From contig NC_092675.1 in assembly GCF_964355755.1 (NCBI RefSeq), positions 20,928,912 to 20,992,911 on the forward strand: a stretch of DNA of 64,000 nucleotides, in the 5' to 3' direction. Positions 1-14,859 of the stretch are shown here, piece by piece (positions within the stretch are counted from its first letter, which is position 1; every line of letters starts with the position of its first letter). A program made the position numbers and the translations under genes. Below the pieces are notes generated by a model. That model saw only the letters and a list, made by a program, of their open reading frames with translations. It ran no database searches and was not told the origin of the DNA. This DNA is from Antedon mediterranea (taxonomy: Eukaryota; Animalia; Echinodermata).

Positions 1-438
1 ATTAAGGCAAGTTCCATTGCAACCAATTGAAATGGAATTCTACATTGTCTTGGGACGACAGGAATGTTAAAAGTTGAGATAAGAACGACAATTAAAAGGT
101 TCAAAAACGTATATTCCATGCTAATACTCATTTAATATTTTGCTGATGTTATTATTTTCACTACCGTTATGAATGTGATATTACGAGTGTTCTTCACGTC
201 CCACCTGAGAGGTAGATGTCAAACGTTCCCGCTAACTACATAAAACAGACAAGCAGTGCGTGTACATGTTCAGTCATGACTTCCTCTCGTGGTGGATTTG
301 TCAACTTTACCGAAATATTATGAGACTGCCGGGGGACAGATTGTTAGGCGGTGGTCTATCAGGTATTATCGGGGAGGAAACTCTTCCTGTTAAAAAGGGA
401 GAAAATGAGCATCAACCTGGCAATCTATTGACTTGATA

Positions 439-3400
439 TTCCCTAGAATCTCGTACTCAATGATAACCCGCGAGGAAAATAATTTCCTAGGAAAATGTTT
501 TTCTATAATTGATTTCATTAATAATGTATGCTTATTTTCACTAAAATTATAAAACAAGTTGACGTTTTGAGACTAAATTAATATAAGTCCTTAGGTTGTG
601 TAAGCGAAGTAAAAACGTGTATGGGTTTTCCCTGGAGTCGAAATTAAATATGTCATCTACTTCTAAATGTATTAGCAATATGGCAATATGATGTTTCCAT
701 GTACAATTAACACAAAGCTAATAATATACAGTATGAATTAAAGTTTAAAATGCTTAATTTTATATAAATACATCCAATACAAACAGAATATAATTAACGA
801 TAAAATCTATAGGTTAAGCATAGAAAAGGATCGCAATTATCACCCATCTACCTAAATAGAAACAGGATAAACGCCCACGAAAATTTATACAGTTTTCTAT
901 TGTGCCGTCAAATGTGTTAATCATCTATAAAAACTCTAAATAAAAAGATATAATAGGACTAACGTTTTTACCAAGATTTCCTGATTTAAATATACATCAG
1001 GTGCTACGTAATAGAACTCTTTAAAATGATACCGGTATCAGAGATGTTGATCAACCCACGCAATCCTGAACTCTCAGTCACCGTTTCGATAGACACTTCC
1101 GTGTCTTCTGCAACATATAGACTCTGTATGATCGACACGTCTGCGATTCCCGAAGGAAGCTTTGTTTTCTTGTAAACAATCTTCCAGGTATTAAGGTCTA
1201 TATGGGGACTTTTTTTAAAGGTACAAATAGGAATGGAAAACGCAAGTCATGGAAGTGTATTGCATGTAAAATACTTTATTCCAATTGCAAAATGGATCAC
1301 GAGTCAGTGGTACGCTTCTAAAAAAAAATGTTTAAACATCTTAATAAAGTAAACACATGCTAGATTTAAAATAAATCGCGTAAGGCGTAAATCTTGCATT
1401 ATTTGAAATTTTGTCAGTGACTATAAAGGAACATACGCAGTTGACCCGCGCGTATAATTAATGTTAAAGCTCATCCATGTTTGTGCGCATGTCCCTATTA
1501 GGCGTAAATGTTGTATGCCTATTCAGACTGCGCGGCATTTTGTCTGTGATACCATAGAAATACAGTTGACGCGCGCGTACAATTAATGTTGAAACTCATC
1601 GACGTATGTTAGTATGTGCCTATTCAACGTGTTTACGAAAAAATATATATATTTTCTACTTTTTTATATAATAGGTTATCGATGCCATATTATAAATAAC
1701 AAATACAGTAAATACATTTTTTTTTCTAGTGATAAATTTTAAATAGACTATAATAATGAATAAGAATAGAACACGGAGCAAGATCACATGCAACCGGTGA
1801 TATGATATTGCTTATTTTGTATTACCAGAGTCACGTTAATAACAATACCGCACATGGTTTTGTTTTTGTTTGATAACATAATGATTGGCTATCACATGAA
1901 TTATTGATACATACTGTAGCACAAAATGCGTTTAAGGCAAAAACGTGACGCGTCACTTTTGGACGACATGTACCATCATAACGCATAATTGCGTTTATTT
2001 AATGCAAATTTATCTCTGCTGCACCCGGCACAAGCACGTCTAAAATACTCTAGTAGGAACTTACGCCTTCTGTGGCACAAAACAAGCAACATGCGCACTT
2101 CTGACAGATGTCGAGTGAAAGTGAGAAAATGTGTCTACAAAGGACAGATTTTCACATGTTGCGAACTGGAACGATCACAGATTGTCGGCGGGGATAGGCA
2201 GAGTAAATGAAATGTTCGTAATGAGATTCGAATAATTAGCTTGATTGACTGTTTATCATAAACGCTTAATGAGCACGTTAAAAGGGGATGCGCCGGACTT
2301 GTTGCGATAACACGAGGATGGGAAACCGCAGAAATTTAATCAAGAATATATTTTGACAAATGTCAAATAATTTATCTGTAGATCACGCTTATCATGAGGC
2401 AATTTGAACATAGTTAATTTACGTTAATCAGATACTAATGATAACGACGGTACGATTCCCTATGCAACATTTTGAATTAAACACGCCGAATACGAATGTG
2501 TATGCAATAGCGACTTAATATCATTTATAGAATAAATTAATTCGCTTATTGGCGAATGCCTTGTTTCCCGTAATAGAATGTAACTGAAATAGAATAAAAA
2601 TTGGCAAGGGATGATTATAGTGTGTTATCATTTTAGCATTCATCAAACCCTGTCAACAAAACGATATTTCTCTGTTACGCTTCAAATGCGAGTTTCTTTA
2701 TTTCACATGCATATTTCAGTTATTTAACTATAACGGGGTTTCCCTGTGTAATGCATGAATGAACCAGTAATTCGGCACGAAGTAAAACGAAAGAATTTCT
2801 TTTTGTATGGAGAAAAAAAAGCAGGATTATTATAATAGGCAATGCGATATCCTTATAATATATTATTTGATAAATTGTCGAAATGCGTAGGAGTTGGGTT
2901 TACACTGTGACGAATACCAAAAATATGCGGTCTTAGTTTATATTGCAATCAAGCGTCTGACCAATCAGAACGCTTAGAGGATTATATAGTAAACGTTGAA
3001 ATCATTTACAACTGCCGGGTAGTACCGGGTTTTCCCATACCTTTGAAAATATTAATTTCATAGGAATGTAATTTCGTTACATCCAGTTGAGGTGATTTGC
3101 AGCGGTGTATTGCCTCACAGCTGTTTTTGAATAAACAAGATGAAGGAGTCACGAGGCGTTTAGCAAGAGGAGTGAAATAAAGGGGAAACTTTTATCTTAC
3201 AATGATGTTCCGAAAGAGTCGACCCGTGGTAGGCCCCTCAACCTGTATGTATGAAAAATTAATACCAGTTATGTAGTCATTGGCTTATTTTTGTAGGCAT
3301 GCCGTCTTATGCAATGAGCACATAGTGAATGTTAAGGTTATTTAGTGTCCCTCTTTTCAGCGTCCCTCAAAATACACTTTAAACCGAAACAAGGTAGCCT

Positions 3401-4295
3401 ACCCTCAATGGGGCTATGTGGGTACAATTAAGATTAAAATCTTATTACCAAAAATAGGCATTTCTAATACTATAGTATACGATGTATTAACTGATAAAAA
3501 ACGATGGGGAATCTACATATCGTGTTTCGATTTAGCAACGACCTCGTGCGGGGGGAGGGGGTTATGGCCTCCTTATATAGTTACGCCGAAGAAACAATCT
3601 AACTTGTAAGAAGATAAATGTGTTGTTTAAACGTATCAACTGTTAATTAATTGACTTGTATTAGCATTGGGGATTGTTGGATAAAATCGAAGTAGCATTA
3701 GTTCGTGGCATCCATTCATTATTTGATTACGTTTCTTGACGAATTGTAATTGCTGGCATGTCAAGTGCAGCTAATCACGGGAAGTCAGGCTCCCAAATGT
3801 ATTCATTTAGGCCAAATTTACCGATATCGCTTCCATTTAATCTTACAGGCGATTGAGATAGTGGGAATCCTGTAAGTCACCCAAGCCGTGCTGCTATATG
3901 AACCGCAGGATTTGTTTTTTACGTAGGCGTTACAAGCACGTGTTATAGACATGTGATGTTGGTATTCGGCAAATAAACAAACATATTGTTCACCCTTGTT
4001 ATTGTATTTGCGCAATACTATATAGCCAACCGGTATTTTTACTTATGTATTAATATTTACCGTACGAACCCTGGATTGTAAAATAAATATCCGTGATCAC
4101 AGACAAAACGGATAATAAAATAACATCAAATTATGTATTACTTTAGGATCGTGCGGATCTTGTACATATGAACGAAACTAAATTTACCTTGAGTGATATT
4201 CGAAAGTGAACTTCATTGGAACTTGTGATCATATTTTTCGAGGTACTAGATTATCGAGAATTTCGTCCAATTTCGCAGATTTACTGGGACTTTTT
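439..4295. promoter_or_regulatory. Intronic cluster of NF-kB-, STAT(GAS)- and IRF-type motifs in the IRF gene
   Basis: GGGTTTTCCC 623-632 and 3027-3036, GGGGTTTCCC 2735-2744, TTCCCGTAA 2565-2573, AGTGAAAGTGA ~2114-2124, GAAAGTGAAC 4202-4211. Motif matches only. Confidence 0.35.
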
Positions 4296-4552
4296 AAAAT
4301 TGTCGATTTCTCACGATGCGGCGATATATTTTGTTGTTCACGTTTGTCCGGGTGACTTAACGAGCGTAAAACTTTTTACCGCGATTCCCCCTTTCATTTA
4401 AAACAATAATAGGCATATGCAAAATTATTTGTTCATACTGGTTAACAATCCTCACTTCAATAAAAAAATAAATTTATTTAGGTATTTTAAATTTTGAATC
4501 AAACACAATTGTAATAATTTACGTTTATTTCATGTCTTTTTTTTTTTTTCAG

Positions 4553-7500
4553 GAAAATATAACCCAGAAACCGATAGAGCAAGACCTAAAACATGGAAGG
4601 CTAACTTTAGATGTGCCATCAACTCTTTACCCGACATTGTAGAGATCAAAGACCTCGGGACAAAACGAGGAAACAACGCCTTTAAAGTGTACAAGATCAA
4701 CCCAAAACGTCCAAAGGCAAGGCCTAAATCGAAAATCGGTACGTTTCTTCATCCGATAACCGTTTAATCGAATATTTATTCAATGGAGCTTTGAAAACTT
4801 TCATTTGTAGAAATTGATAATTATTATTCAATTCACATCGTATGAACTTATGTTCAATATATTAACAGTTAATATTTAATGGATTAGCATAATATAAATT
4901 ATTTCACTTTCCTTTCCTTTAAAATATCCTGGTTTTTGATTAGGCATCCGATAAAGAATCAATTTCACATGTTTGTTTTGAAATAGCTTTGTTTTTACCA
5001 ATATATTTCAACAAACAACTTGTAGTAGATCCTATTAAGATAGGTTATACTTCATGGCAGCACTGATGTGCATATTCAATCATTGTTTACTTTCTTATCC
5101 ACTGAATTTTAATCTAAGTAGATTGAATATTAATTTAATTTGTTTTGTGATTCAGAGCATGGAAGTAAACTAATTTTTCCATTTTCAGAGGGTCGATTTT
5201 TTATGTGTCGCTTTCTGGCAAATCAACCTTTAAATTAAAAACTGTAAAATTATTTATTTAACCTATTCAACCCTATTTGCTAATATTCAAACAAAATGAA
5301 CCTAGATCGTTATAAACATATTACTTATTATTAATATTTTACAGGTACAGAGCCCATGACCACCGGACAAGCTACTAGTCTTCCAAAACCAAAAAAGCCA
5401 AGAAAACCACAAACATCATTTATACCAAAAAACATTACACCACCTATCACAAAGACACAAATGCCATGGGGAGGTACATCATTTGACAATATAAGTAAGT
5501 TAACATCGCATTTGAAATTGTTGTGAATGGTGCTAGGGGAAAGTAAAACAAGGGGGAGTTGGATGTTTGAATGATGTTAGTTAGGGGATGAGGTGGGCTT
5601 AATGCTTAATGGTATAATGCTGCTAGGAGAAGGGGTTTAAGTTCCAGTGGAGGGGAAAATGGTGCAAGGGGAGAGCTTCTTGCTTGATTACAATTTAGTC
5701 TTGTGGATGGTGGAAGGAGGGCTAGACACTTTCTTATATACAGTAAACTATCAAATTTATTGAGGTGTTCGTTTGAAAGGGTAAACAATTAGTATACATC
5801 ATTATATTATACTTTTAATAATGAATTATCACATCATTTTTTTTTCAGAAGGTAGTTGGCAGTCATCGGGTAGGCCGCTGTTACTAACGCCACCTGACCA
5901 TCAACCGACAACAACAGTATACACACACGATGCACACCCATACTCACCACACATCGCACCCCAACACTACACACAATACACAGATAACAGTTGGTCACCG
6001 CCTCATATAAAACCTGAACAAATCTCTTCAAGACCACAAGAACCTTATAATATACATACGTGGCAAGAAAATGATCATGGTGAGTTTTTAATAAATAATA
6101 TTTTTTTTATGGAAATTTATAAATAACATAAATACAACCACAATAGGCGATACATCTAGTGTATGATATATTCGGAAGATAAGAAATGTATAAACAAATA
6201 GTTATTTACCAGGTTGGGGTTAGGGGAAATAGAGAAGTGGGTTAGGGGAAATAGAGAAGTGGGTTAGGGGAAATAGAGGGGGTGGGGTTTTGAGGGGCTA
6301 AATAATATGGAAAAAGTGAATAACTTATAGCAACTGATCTTCTACATGACGAGAAAACACTTAGACTGAATTGAACTGTGAGCTGGTTTTACTATTCATG
6401 ATAGCCGTGTGTAAAAAAAGATATTTATATCTATTTATATCTTTGTAATCTTTAAGTGACATACATAACAATATAATTATTGTTTTTATGGGGTTGTTTC
6501 AAGCTACTTTCCAGCATTGTCTAAATCATCCACTTTGTTGATCTAAAGGAAATAGGCCAATAAGCAAGTGCTCATTTCACAATATCAACTTCCTAAAAAT
6601 AAGTCCTTAAAAAACTTTTCCCATGGAAAGCTATTATGTTTTCAGAAGAACATTAACAATGAATTGTGGTTGTCATTGAGAGGCAAACAAACTTGTGTTA
6701 AGAACACATGCTCGGTGTTCATATTAGGTAACACATAAGATCGCCCCAATATACAGTAATGATGAAATAGCATTATTGTATCAACAAAACAAGAATTGTG
6801 CCTTTATTATAATTAAGAATTGCAAGAAAACAATGAGGGCATTCAAAATAAAATTATAAAAATAATTACACATAAAAATCCTTTACAAAAAAGGAAACTG
6901 TGTACTTAAAAGTATCTTAAACAAAAAGTAATTCAGTTTCTTGGCCGTGTTTTCTAAGGGACTCATTTTGAAACCCAACAAAGTTTCCACTTAGAGGTTG
7001 TTTCCTGTATTAGGGTATTGGCCCGTAGTATTACTGGTAAACATATGTCCCCTTAATAGAGGTTCCCAACAATAGGGGGTTTCTAATGATTTACAACACA
7101 TAGTTACTACAATAGAACCACTCCTTTCAAAAGGAGATGCTTTTTCATAAAACAAATATTACAATCCCTATTCAGGGATACTTTGATGGGTCCCAAAGAT
7201 GTCCCCTTAATAGGGGTTCTACTCTATGCACAACACAATGACAAATGAATACTACTACATCATCTACATGGGAATTTATCCTGGGAATCATTGTAGTAAT
7301 AGACAGCAGCTGGGAGCGAAAAAATAATAATTATTATCTTTAATTTTCAATCGAAAGCATAGACACAATACATAGATGTTTATATTATTAACAGCGCGCT
7401 ATAACAGCTGTCTAGTACAACAGACTATACAGTTAAATAAACATAAATATTTATACTATTATCAACCATAGAAACCGGTTAAAGATTAATCAAACTAAAT

Positions 7501-10500
7501 TTACTTCAACTATTTTGTAAAACTGTGATCAATAATTTCAATTACGATAAAAACGTAACTCAATGCCCAATAGATAAAATATAAAGAGATTGAATAAAAT
7601 CATCTTTTTAGTATAACTGTATTGAATTTGGGAATGAATCACAAATTTGGATTCCATTCACCTTGCCCACCCATGTGAAGAAAGGAAAGCATTAGTTTCG
7701 CACACTTTGTAACAATAGCAGAAATTTCTACTTGAAGAATTAGATAGGAAACGTCAACACACAATGCTCAGTGTGAATCTGTTTTAAATGGACAACACCT
7801 GGGCCTGTGGTTTTGTTGATTTACTAAATTATATTGTGAAATACAATATAATATAATTTGAAACACCTGTATATAAAAGTTCATAATAGGAATTACAATT
7901 ATGAGAAATATAAAGTGTTTAAGTACATCAGTTCACACAAGGCCAGCCATCCAGATCATCATATTGTCTAATTGTTGGACATTGGCAATGGATTAGGTCC
8001 AGTTCACACTAGGGGAAACTTACATTTGTTTTGGTGGTACACTGTAGTTGATAGAGCTCATATGTAAACATTTTTTTCTTCTTGATATTTGCATTACATT
8101 AATGTATAGTATAGTAATAAGGAAATGAAAACAACAACACTTTATATACATATATCATCATTCACTCAAGAAAATAATATAAATTAACTTAAAGTCAACA
8201 TATTTTTTTAAGTTTCCAAAGCGATTCAACAATACCAATAACAAAGTCAGATTTGCGGTACACCGCCAAAAAGGATATAAAGTTGTTTCTACAAATGTCT
8301 TGGAGTAAATAATTCAAAAAGTGTTTTCAATCAAAAGCAATAGAGGCTAATGCACAACAGCCTAAATTAATAATAATTCAATAATTTGTATAAAAAAATA
8401 CCTAGTAACAATATAGATTGCTTGAAATGTAACCATATCCAACAAAACCTTCAATATGTACTTTTAAAAAGAGATTAAATATGAATTTGAAAAAAAAAAG
8501 GAGAAATCAAATGACAGACAATCCAGTTGCATTTATGTCAATTAACAATAGGTATTAATTACATAATGGTAACAGAGTATTGGGTTTAAGAAATTGATAG
8601 TTAAAGCGTATGTTCAGTGGAGCTATAACAACACACATAAAACAAACAATACACACCAGATCTCTAGAAAATGAAAAAGTTATTCTTCTCAGGCCAATTA
8701 AAATCAAGCCAGTCAATAACTAATATTGTACAAAATCATTTTGGCAATTGTTTATATTTTTCTGAATATATTTGATACATTCGTTTCGATTAGTGTTTAT
8801 TTAATTTGTCAAAAAGGGATTTAAAAAGTTAATAATCATAAATTCATAATACATGTATTTAACAAGAAAGCATAATTGTAACATAATATGCATGTGTGAT
8901 ATAATTATTAGACAGATCTAGAATTATTATTTTATGAATGAGTACAGTAAAACCCTACATTGGAGACACTCATATTAAGACACTTTCAAGTGAAACAAGG
9001 GGAACCATATGTTTTAACAATATGACAAAATTTATATTCAGTTAAAAGTGTCCATTTAATTTCCCAAATTTACTATTATAATTAATCATATTGAGGTTGG
9101 GATGATTATTGTTTTACTTATTTTGACTTACTTTTTTTTTACTTATAAATATTGTTTCACAGTTTCTCTGTGTGTTCAAATTCATTTGAATAAAATTAAG
9201 AATATTTTAGATTGACAATGTTTTTAAATATTTAAATTTTTCTATATTACTGATTTGCCGATAAATTAAGATTCTTAATTGACCCACTTACAAATTAATA
9301 TATTTCCCAGAAGGTCAATTATTTAATTAGAAATTCATTTTTTTTTTCAGATCAAAATAGTGATTGTAGTAGTAACCTAACAGATGAGGGAATTATAGAG
9401 GTAAGTCATAACAACAGGTATTTTCATGTCTGAAACCACCACAATCAGTAAATTAGATTAAACAAATTTATAAAATAATAATTAAAACATATAAACTAAA
9501 TACAGTATAACTCATATTAAGGGGACACAGTCAGGAACTATACAGTTAGCCTGAATAAGTTCGCCATAGTGTTAAAACACCATTTGAAAGAACATAATTC
9601 TATATTTGTATGCATTTTGTATTGTTTAAATTTGCAAAATACAAAACATTGGCAACAATGCTATTGTCTCTTTCTCAGTAGCATGTAGTATAAATCTATT
9701 TATCAATTTATTTGCACATAATTGTTTATATATACATAAGCAAAACATTTCCAGAAATTGTTTAATCATTTTTTCTTAAATAAATTAAAATCTGTTAATA
9801 ACATATTTTCCTTTGTTTTTTTCAGATGACTCTCGATATGCAAGAGAGTAGTCCAATATCTAGCCCAACGCTGTATAATGATCAAACCGACTGGGTTCCT
9901 AGGACATGTGGGGACAAACAATACCACAGTAATGAACTAACAGTAACAAGAGGTAACTATGACACATTGAAGGTTTAATGAATTAAAATTAAATTGAAAT
10001 ACACTTGATTCCGAATTCCAAACAATTTTGTGTTAATTTCTTGTTTTATTTTCTTAGGCATGACTTCTCCACTAAAGGTACTCTCAGCGTTTCCAACCAG
10101 TACTAGCCCACCTGCCTACCCTATCAAGCACGAGGGAGACTCGCGCTTTTTTATGGGAAGTATGACGGTTCCCTCAGTAGCACCTGCTCCACCACCGCCT
10201 TATAGGCCTCCGAGTAAGTCCACATTTTGAACAACATTTATGTATAAAACCATACAAAAATATGTCATACTTGTATGTAAAATAACGTAATTATTGCGAT
10301 AATACAACACCTATATAACAGTTTCAGATTTCACAACTAGTTTCGTTATTGAACCAATATAAATACCGCATCTAAATATAATACAAAATTATTTGTTATC
10401 TGCTAGCTAATGTTTCAAAAACAAATCTGCATTATATTTAAAGTACAAGTAAACAATTTGACCTTTTTACATCTGACGATTTTAGGCAAAGATATGAGAA

Positions 10501-11055
10501 CAAAATGTTAATAAATGTATTAATAATAATGATGAAGATGCTTGGTTTATATTTACTGAAGTTCAATATTTTTATTTATTTTATTTTATTTATTTGGTAT
10601 AACACTCAAAATGCAACAAAAGTTGAAAATCTTATGAGTTTACAAAAGGTACAACAACAAAAACCGAGATAAAGATATAAAACAATAGGCCTATACTAAA
10701 ATTGACATAAAAACAAAACCATTTAAAACATCATACAAAAATATAATATGCACAAATTTAAAATTTTAGTACAAGTTTAAAATTATTCATTATTATATCA
10801 GAATGATACTGTAACTAAACGCAGCCAACTGATTGGCCAACTAATTGTAGTTGAAGATTGAGATCTATCTTATCAAGTGTAGACAGCCTTGAACGACTCT
10901 AGAAAATATATAAATATAGCATTAATTCCAATTTAATATTGTTTAATACAATAGTGTGTAGGAAGATAGTTTTTTTCGCCAAAATCCAATGGAATTTTTT
11001 TACTAAATTTCTTACTGTACTTTTTGTATTTACAGATACGTATACCTATATGTGA
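4553..11055 (+). CDS. IRF1/2-like: IRF1/IRF2-like interferon regulatory factor, 5'-partial; exons 4553-4738, 5345-5494, 5849-6079, 9351-9400, 9826-9952, 10058-10213, 11036-11055(stop)
   Basis: Exon 4553-4738 translates to GKYNPETDRARPKTWKANFRCAINSLPDIVEIKDLGTKRGNNAFKVYK, the C-terminal half of the IRF DNA-binding domain with the IRF1/2-type WKANFRCA motif. Downstream exons have GT-AG borders and consistent phases, and end in ...PPPPYRPPNTYTYM*. The exons carrying the first tryptophans were not found in 1-4552. Confidence 0.9.
6218..6280. repeat. Minisatellite, ~21-bp unit GGGTTAGGGGAAATAGAGAAGT x3
   Basis: Direct tandem copies visible in an IRF intron. Confidence 0.85.
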
Positions 11056-13378
11056 GAAGTTAAAAAAGATTTTTCCTATGCAGTTGAAATTGAGGACTAT
11101 TGAGGACTTTTGATGACACCTTAGATGCAGTCAGAAGCTGGCGACATCTGGTGTTTGCTAGTCTCCAGATATTATTGTCAAGAACAAAAAAAAACAGAGA
11201 CCAAACAGCACTAAACTTGATTATCTTAACTTAGAGAAAACATTGAAGAATTATTATAAAATTGTCATGCTAGTAATATAGTGAACTTTTAAATTCTTTT
11301 AATTGTAATTCTCTTAGTGGATACAAAAAAGTTGGTGTAATAGTAACTAAGTTTTTACAATATGTGTTTTTGATACAAGGGTTTTATAGTTTATGGAATG
11401 GATCTTTTGTAGCCAATTTGGCTGTTTTTAACTACACAATTATGTAATAATATTTGCCTTATAAGGTTAATACATAAGTGGTTGAAACTTTTACAAACAT
11501 TGTGTGTGAGATATTTAAATATGGTTAGATTAAATTTCTCATGTGTATAAATATCTAACTATAAATTGGCACTAGCCAAAGTTACTTTATGCAAATTTAC
11601 TATTTAGTGCCAGATACTTTTTCTTAGATCTAAAAATGTGTTGTGAAGAATTTATTTTCGTTTCTCTAAACCACTTTCTACACATACAGAATATTAATGT
11701 TGTATGCTTAGTGCCTTTTAAAGATATGTTGGTAATGTGGTCAATCTTTATCCTAGGCCCTAAGAGTATCCTGTACCAGCAGGAGTGAAGGGCACCTCCA
11801 AGCTATACTTGCCCCTAAAAGCTGAACTTTAATCACCCTTTAACTTGCTTATATGTTTGCATACGTCTGTGAAGATTTCCTTGTTAAGAAAATCTAACAG
11901 TATTTATACATTCCTAACTACAAATTGCTGCTAAACTGAGAACCAACCAAATATCAACATCCCACTAAAATTATTTGAAGTCCGTGTTAAACCAAAACAA
12001 CAAAACAGATATAACAACTTGCTAACAATCGGATTAGATTATCACACCACATTTTTCTTATAAGGAAAAGAATACAAATAATGAATAAAATTAGTAAATT
12101 TGAAATCTTGTCTTCCAAAAGTAATGATTAAACTGGTGAAGTTTTCTATATGTAAGATTTGCTGAACATATGTGCTAACATTTTCCTGTGTTAAATATTT
12201 TTCTGCTTAGACTTTGTAAATACTACACCATTTTCGATAGATAGTTATTTATTTAATTATTAAATAAATATAATTGCTTGTTTAGTGATCTTGGAATAAT
12301 TGCATCTGTAATATTAATAATCATTGTCATATAATATAATTAATATCAACAGAATCCTAGTATTATAAATGACTAAAGGAATGCTTTTTTACATTTTTTT
12401 CTTAGGAAGGGTTAGGTTTTGACACCACATAATGACGATAAAATGGTGCAAATTAAAAGTTTTTAATAATTTCGTGCCAAGTAGCAAAGGTAGTTATTTA
12501 TTTAATTATTAAATAAAAATTGTTTAGTGATCTTAGAATAATTGGAAAACATTGGTTTTGTTTTTCCCAAAACCACATCTTGAAACAACTTAAAATTGAG
12601 AAAATATAGCAATAATTTACTTTAAATATTGGCAATTTCATTTGTACAATTTTAAAAATTAGATGACGTGCAACGTTTCTGAATATGGATGGAAAACATC
12701 ATAATACCGGCGGTTTCACTTTCAAGTGACAAAATGATATGGAGAGAAAAGATTTCTAAAATCAAAATACAAATCTTTCTATGATTGTCATTGTATAAGA
12801 GTGTCTAAGACAATATCTACCTTTTGTAAATCATGTATCTTTGGTATAACTTCCATTTTAACTGGACTTCAAATAACTATTTGTTAGCTGTGTTATAAGG
12901 TGCAGAATTGTATAGTTTGTATTTGTTTGTATTTTTCTAGAAAAATGGAATATTTTGCAATGCATTTCAGGCAATATTTTTTAATTGCCAGAATAAACAG
13001 AAATTGGAAAGATTTAAGAATTTAATGATAAAAAAAAGTCAAGTGACCCGACATAAAAAAAATTACACAGAATGGAAACTGATATATGTTTGTATGACCC
13101 AGGCTGGTTCTTGGGATAGACAGTGTGTCTTGAGTTGCTCGACATCCTTTGCTGAATAAAGATAAGAAATAAAGTAAAACATGTGTGGAATATTTCATTA
13201 TGTGCATAAAAAAGTTGTTACTGTACCTTTTTACCTTAGGCCTAATGTGTGTTATGATGATGATAGGTTTAATTGGTGCCTAATTAGGTAAAAAAAAAAT
13301 TGTCTATTGGCAAGGAATAACCAATCATTAAACTTGAAAGGGATGGGATACTTGTGGAGAGATAGGGAGAGTAAAGGT

Positions 13379-13498
13379 CGGTCTACACTATATTTGTGAC
13401 AACAAAAATGTGATGTGCTCAAAGAAGGACATGATGATGTCATATTACTACCATACTTGGGCACATCACAAACTAGTTTGATAGTGTAGACAGAGCTT
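13379..13498. mobile_element. Harbinger-like MITE (AGCTCTGTCTACACTATC family), degraded copy
   Basis: GTCTACACTAT...ATAGTGTAGACAGAGCTTTA; same family as 54991-55152, 20364-20460 and 61345-61460. Confidence 0.65.
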
Positions 13499-14066
13499 TA
13501 GAGAAGAGGGTTATATAACATGAATCCATTTAAAATCACATCAAAGGGTGAAAATTGCAAAAATAGCCATGCCAACTAGGGTGTGGTATTGGTAGGTATT
13601 AGTGTTACAGCCCGCTATTCTAATCTCCTAGATCAGTATGACTACTTTCGTGTCATAGAAATACTGCCTTTATTCCTTACTGGCGTTTTGCCACCACATC
13701 AATACATTTAAAAGCGAGACGCCTAAAAGAGCAACAGCTCCCAATACCCGAAATTTAAACGGTAAAACTGATAGGACATAAAGATAATATTAAACTAGTA
13801 GGGAATCAACTCAAACACAACAGCAGATCATGGAGAGGACCATTAAATATGGCTGCATCGCATCAGATACACCGGTTTGAAACTGTGATAGTGTAATAGT
13901 ATTACATGTAATAGTATTAATGCAGGAACCTATTCCTCAAATGAGAAAATTTAAGGCTTTTACTGAGTCCAAGCTTTTACTAAAGTACAAGGCATAAAAT
14001 GCAATACTTTTTATTACAATGGAATCCGAGAATGGAATAACCTTCCTATATTAAATCTAGATTTAA

Positions 14067-14649
14067 AGGCCAGGTGCGGGCAAAAAATTTCTATTGATCA
14101 TACATTCCAATAATTATCGATCTATAGTGTCCTCTATGTTTCATAATTTTTGGGATTTTATTTGTGTTACACGAGCTTGTTGAAAATAAGCACTTTCTAA
14201 TCAGTTCAAATTACACAGTAAAGTCTATATTCTTTTGTACACAAATTTTGTAAATAGAGAGGCGTTTTAAAAAGCTATGAAAAATAAACAGTGTGGTAAA
14301 AAATGTTATCAGATGACTAAATATAGGTAATATAACTTAAATATTACATTTTTGATATTTTTATTCAACTTCAGATTTTTATTTTCATGCTGTAGCAAAA
14401 ATTATCCACTGTATATCCACCATCTTTTTTCACCATCTAGGGAGTCACCAGACATGTTATTACATTAAGTTAACTACCTAACTACTGAAAAAAAATTATC
14501 CTTGTTTTTATGGAAGAATTTTGCCAAATTTTGTATTTGACCATATTACGGTAAATTGATGTTTTTTCGTCTTGATTTCTGTTACAAATATTTGATTTAT
14601 GTACAATTAACCAAATATTATATTTAAAATTCATGCCTCTGCCTGAGCT
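14067..14649. mobile_element. Non-autonomous TTAA-specific DNA transposon (Kolobok-type), copy 1
   Basis: TTAA on both sides, AG...CT termini, imperfect TIR AGGCCAGGTGCGGGCA / TGCCTCTGCCTGAGCT; near-identical second copy at 59530-60121. Confidence 0.8.
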
Positions 14650-14859
14650 TTAAATTTGAATTAAAGCAATAATTAAAAATCAAACATATATAGATTATTG
14701 ACTGTAGGCTACATGCCTTAAAATCAGGTTTTATTTGGTAGGGTTTGCATTTTAAGGATTTTTTGTCTTTTATGTTGTATCTATCTCACATGGGACCACA
14801 TTGGAATTAAGTTGCTTTATTTTAAGCAACTTTATGTGTTATCCTGTGCATCCCTTTTG

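Noticed and set aside
1410-1630. Diverged ~125-bp tandem duplication in the IRF intron
   Set aside because: Real but degraded, with no sign of function.
1-4552. 5' IRF exons (first tryptophan repeats) and short ORFs at 1989, 3418, 3818, 4216
   Set aside because: No IRF-like W motifs with splice sites found; the short ORFs show no recognisable protein features.
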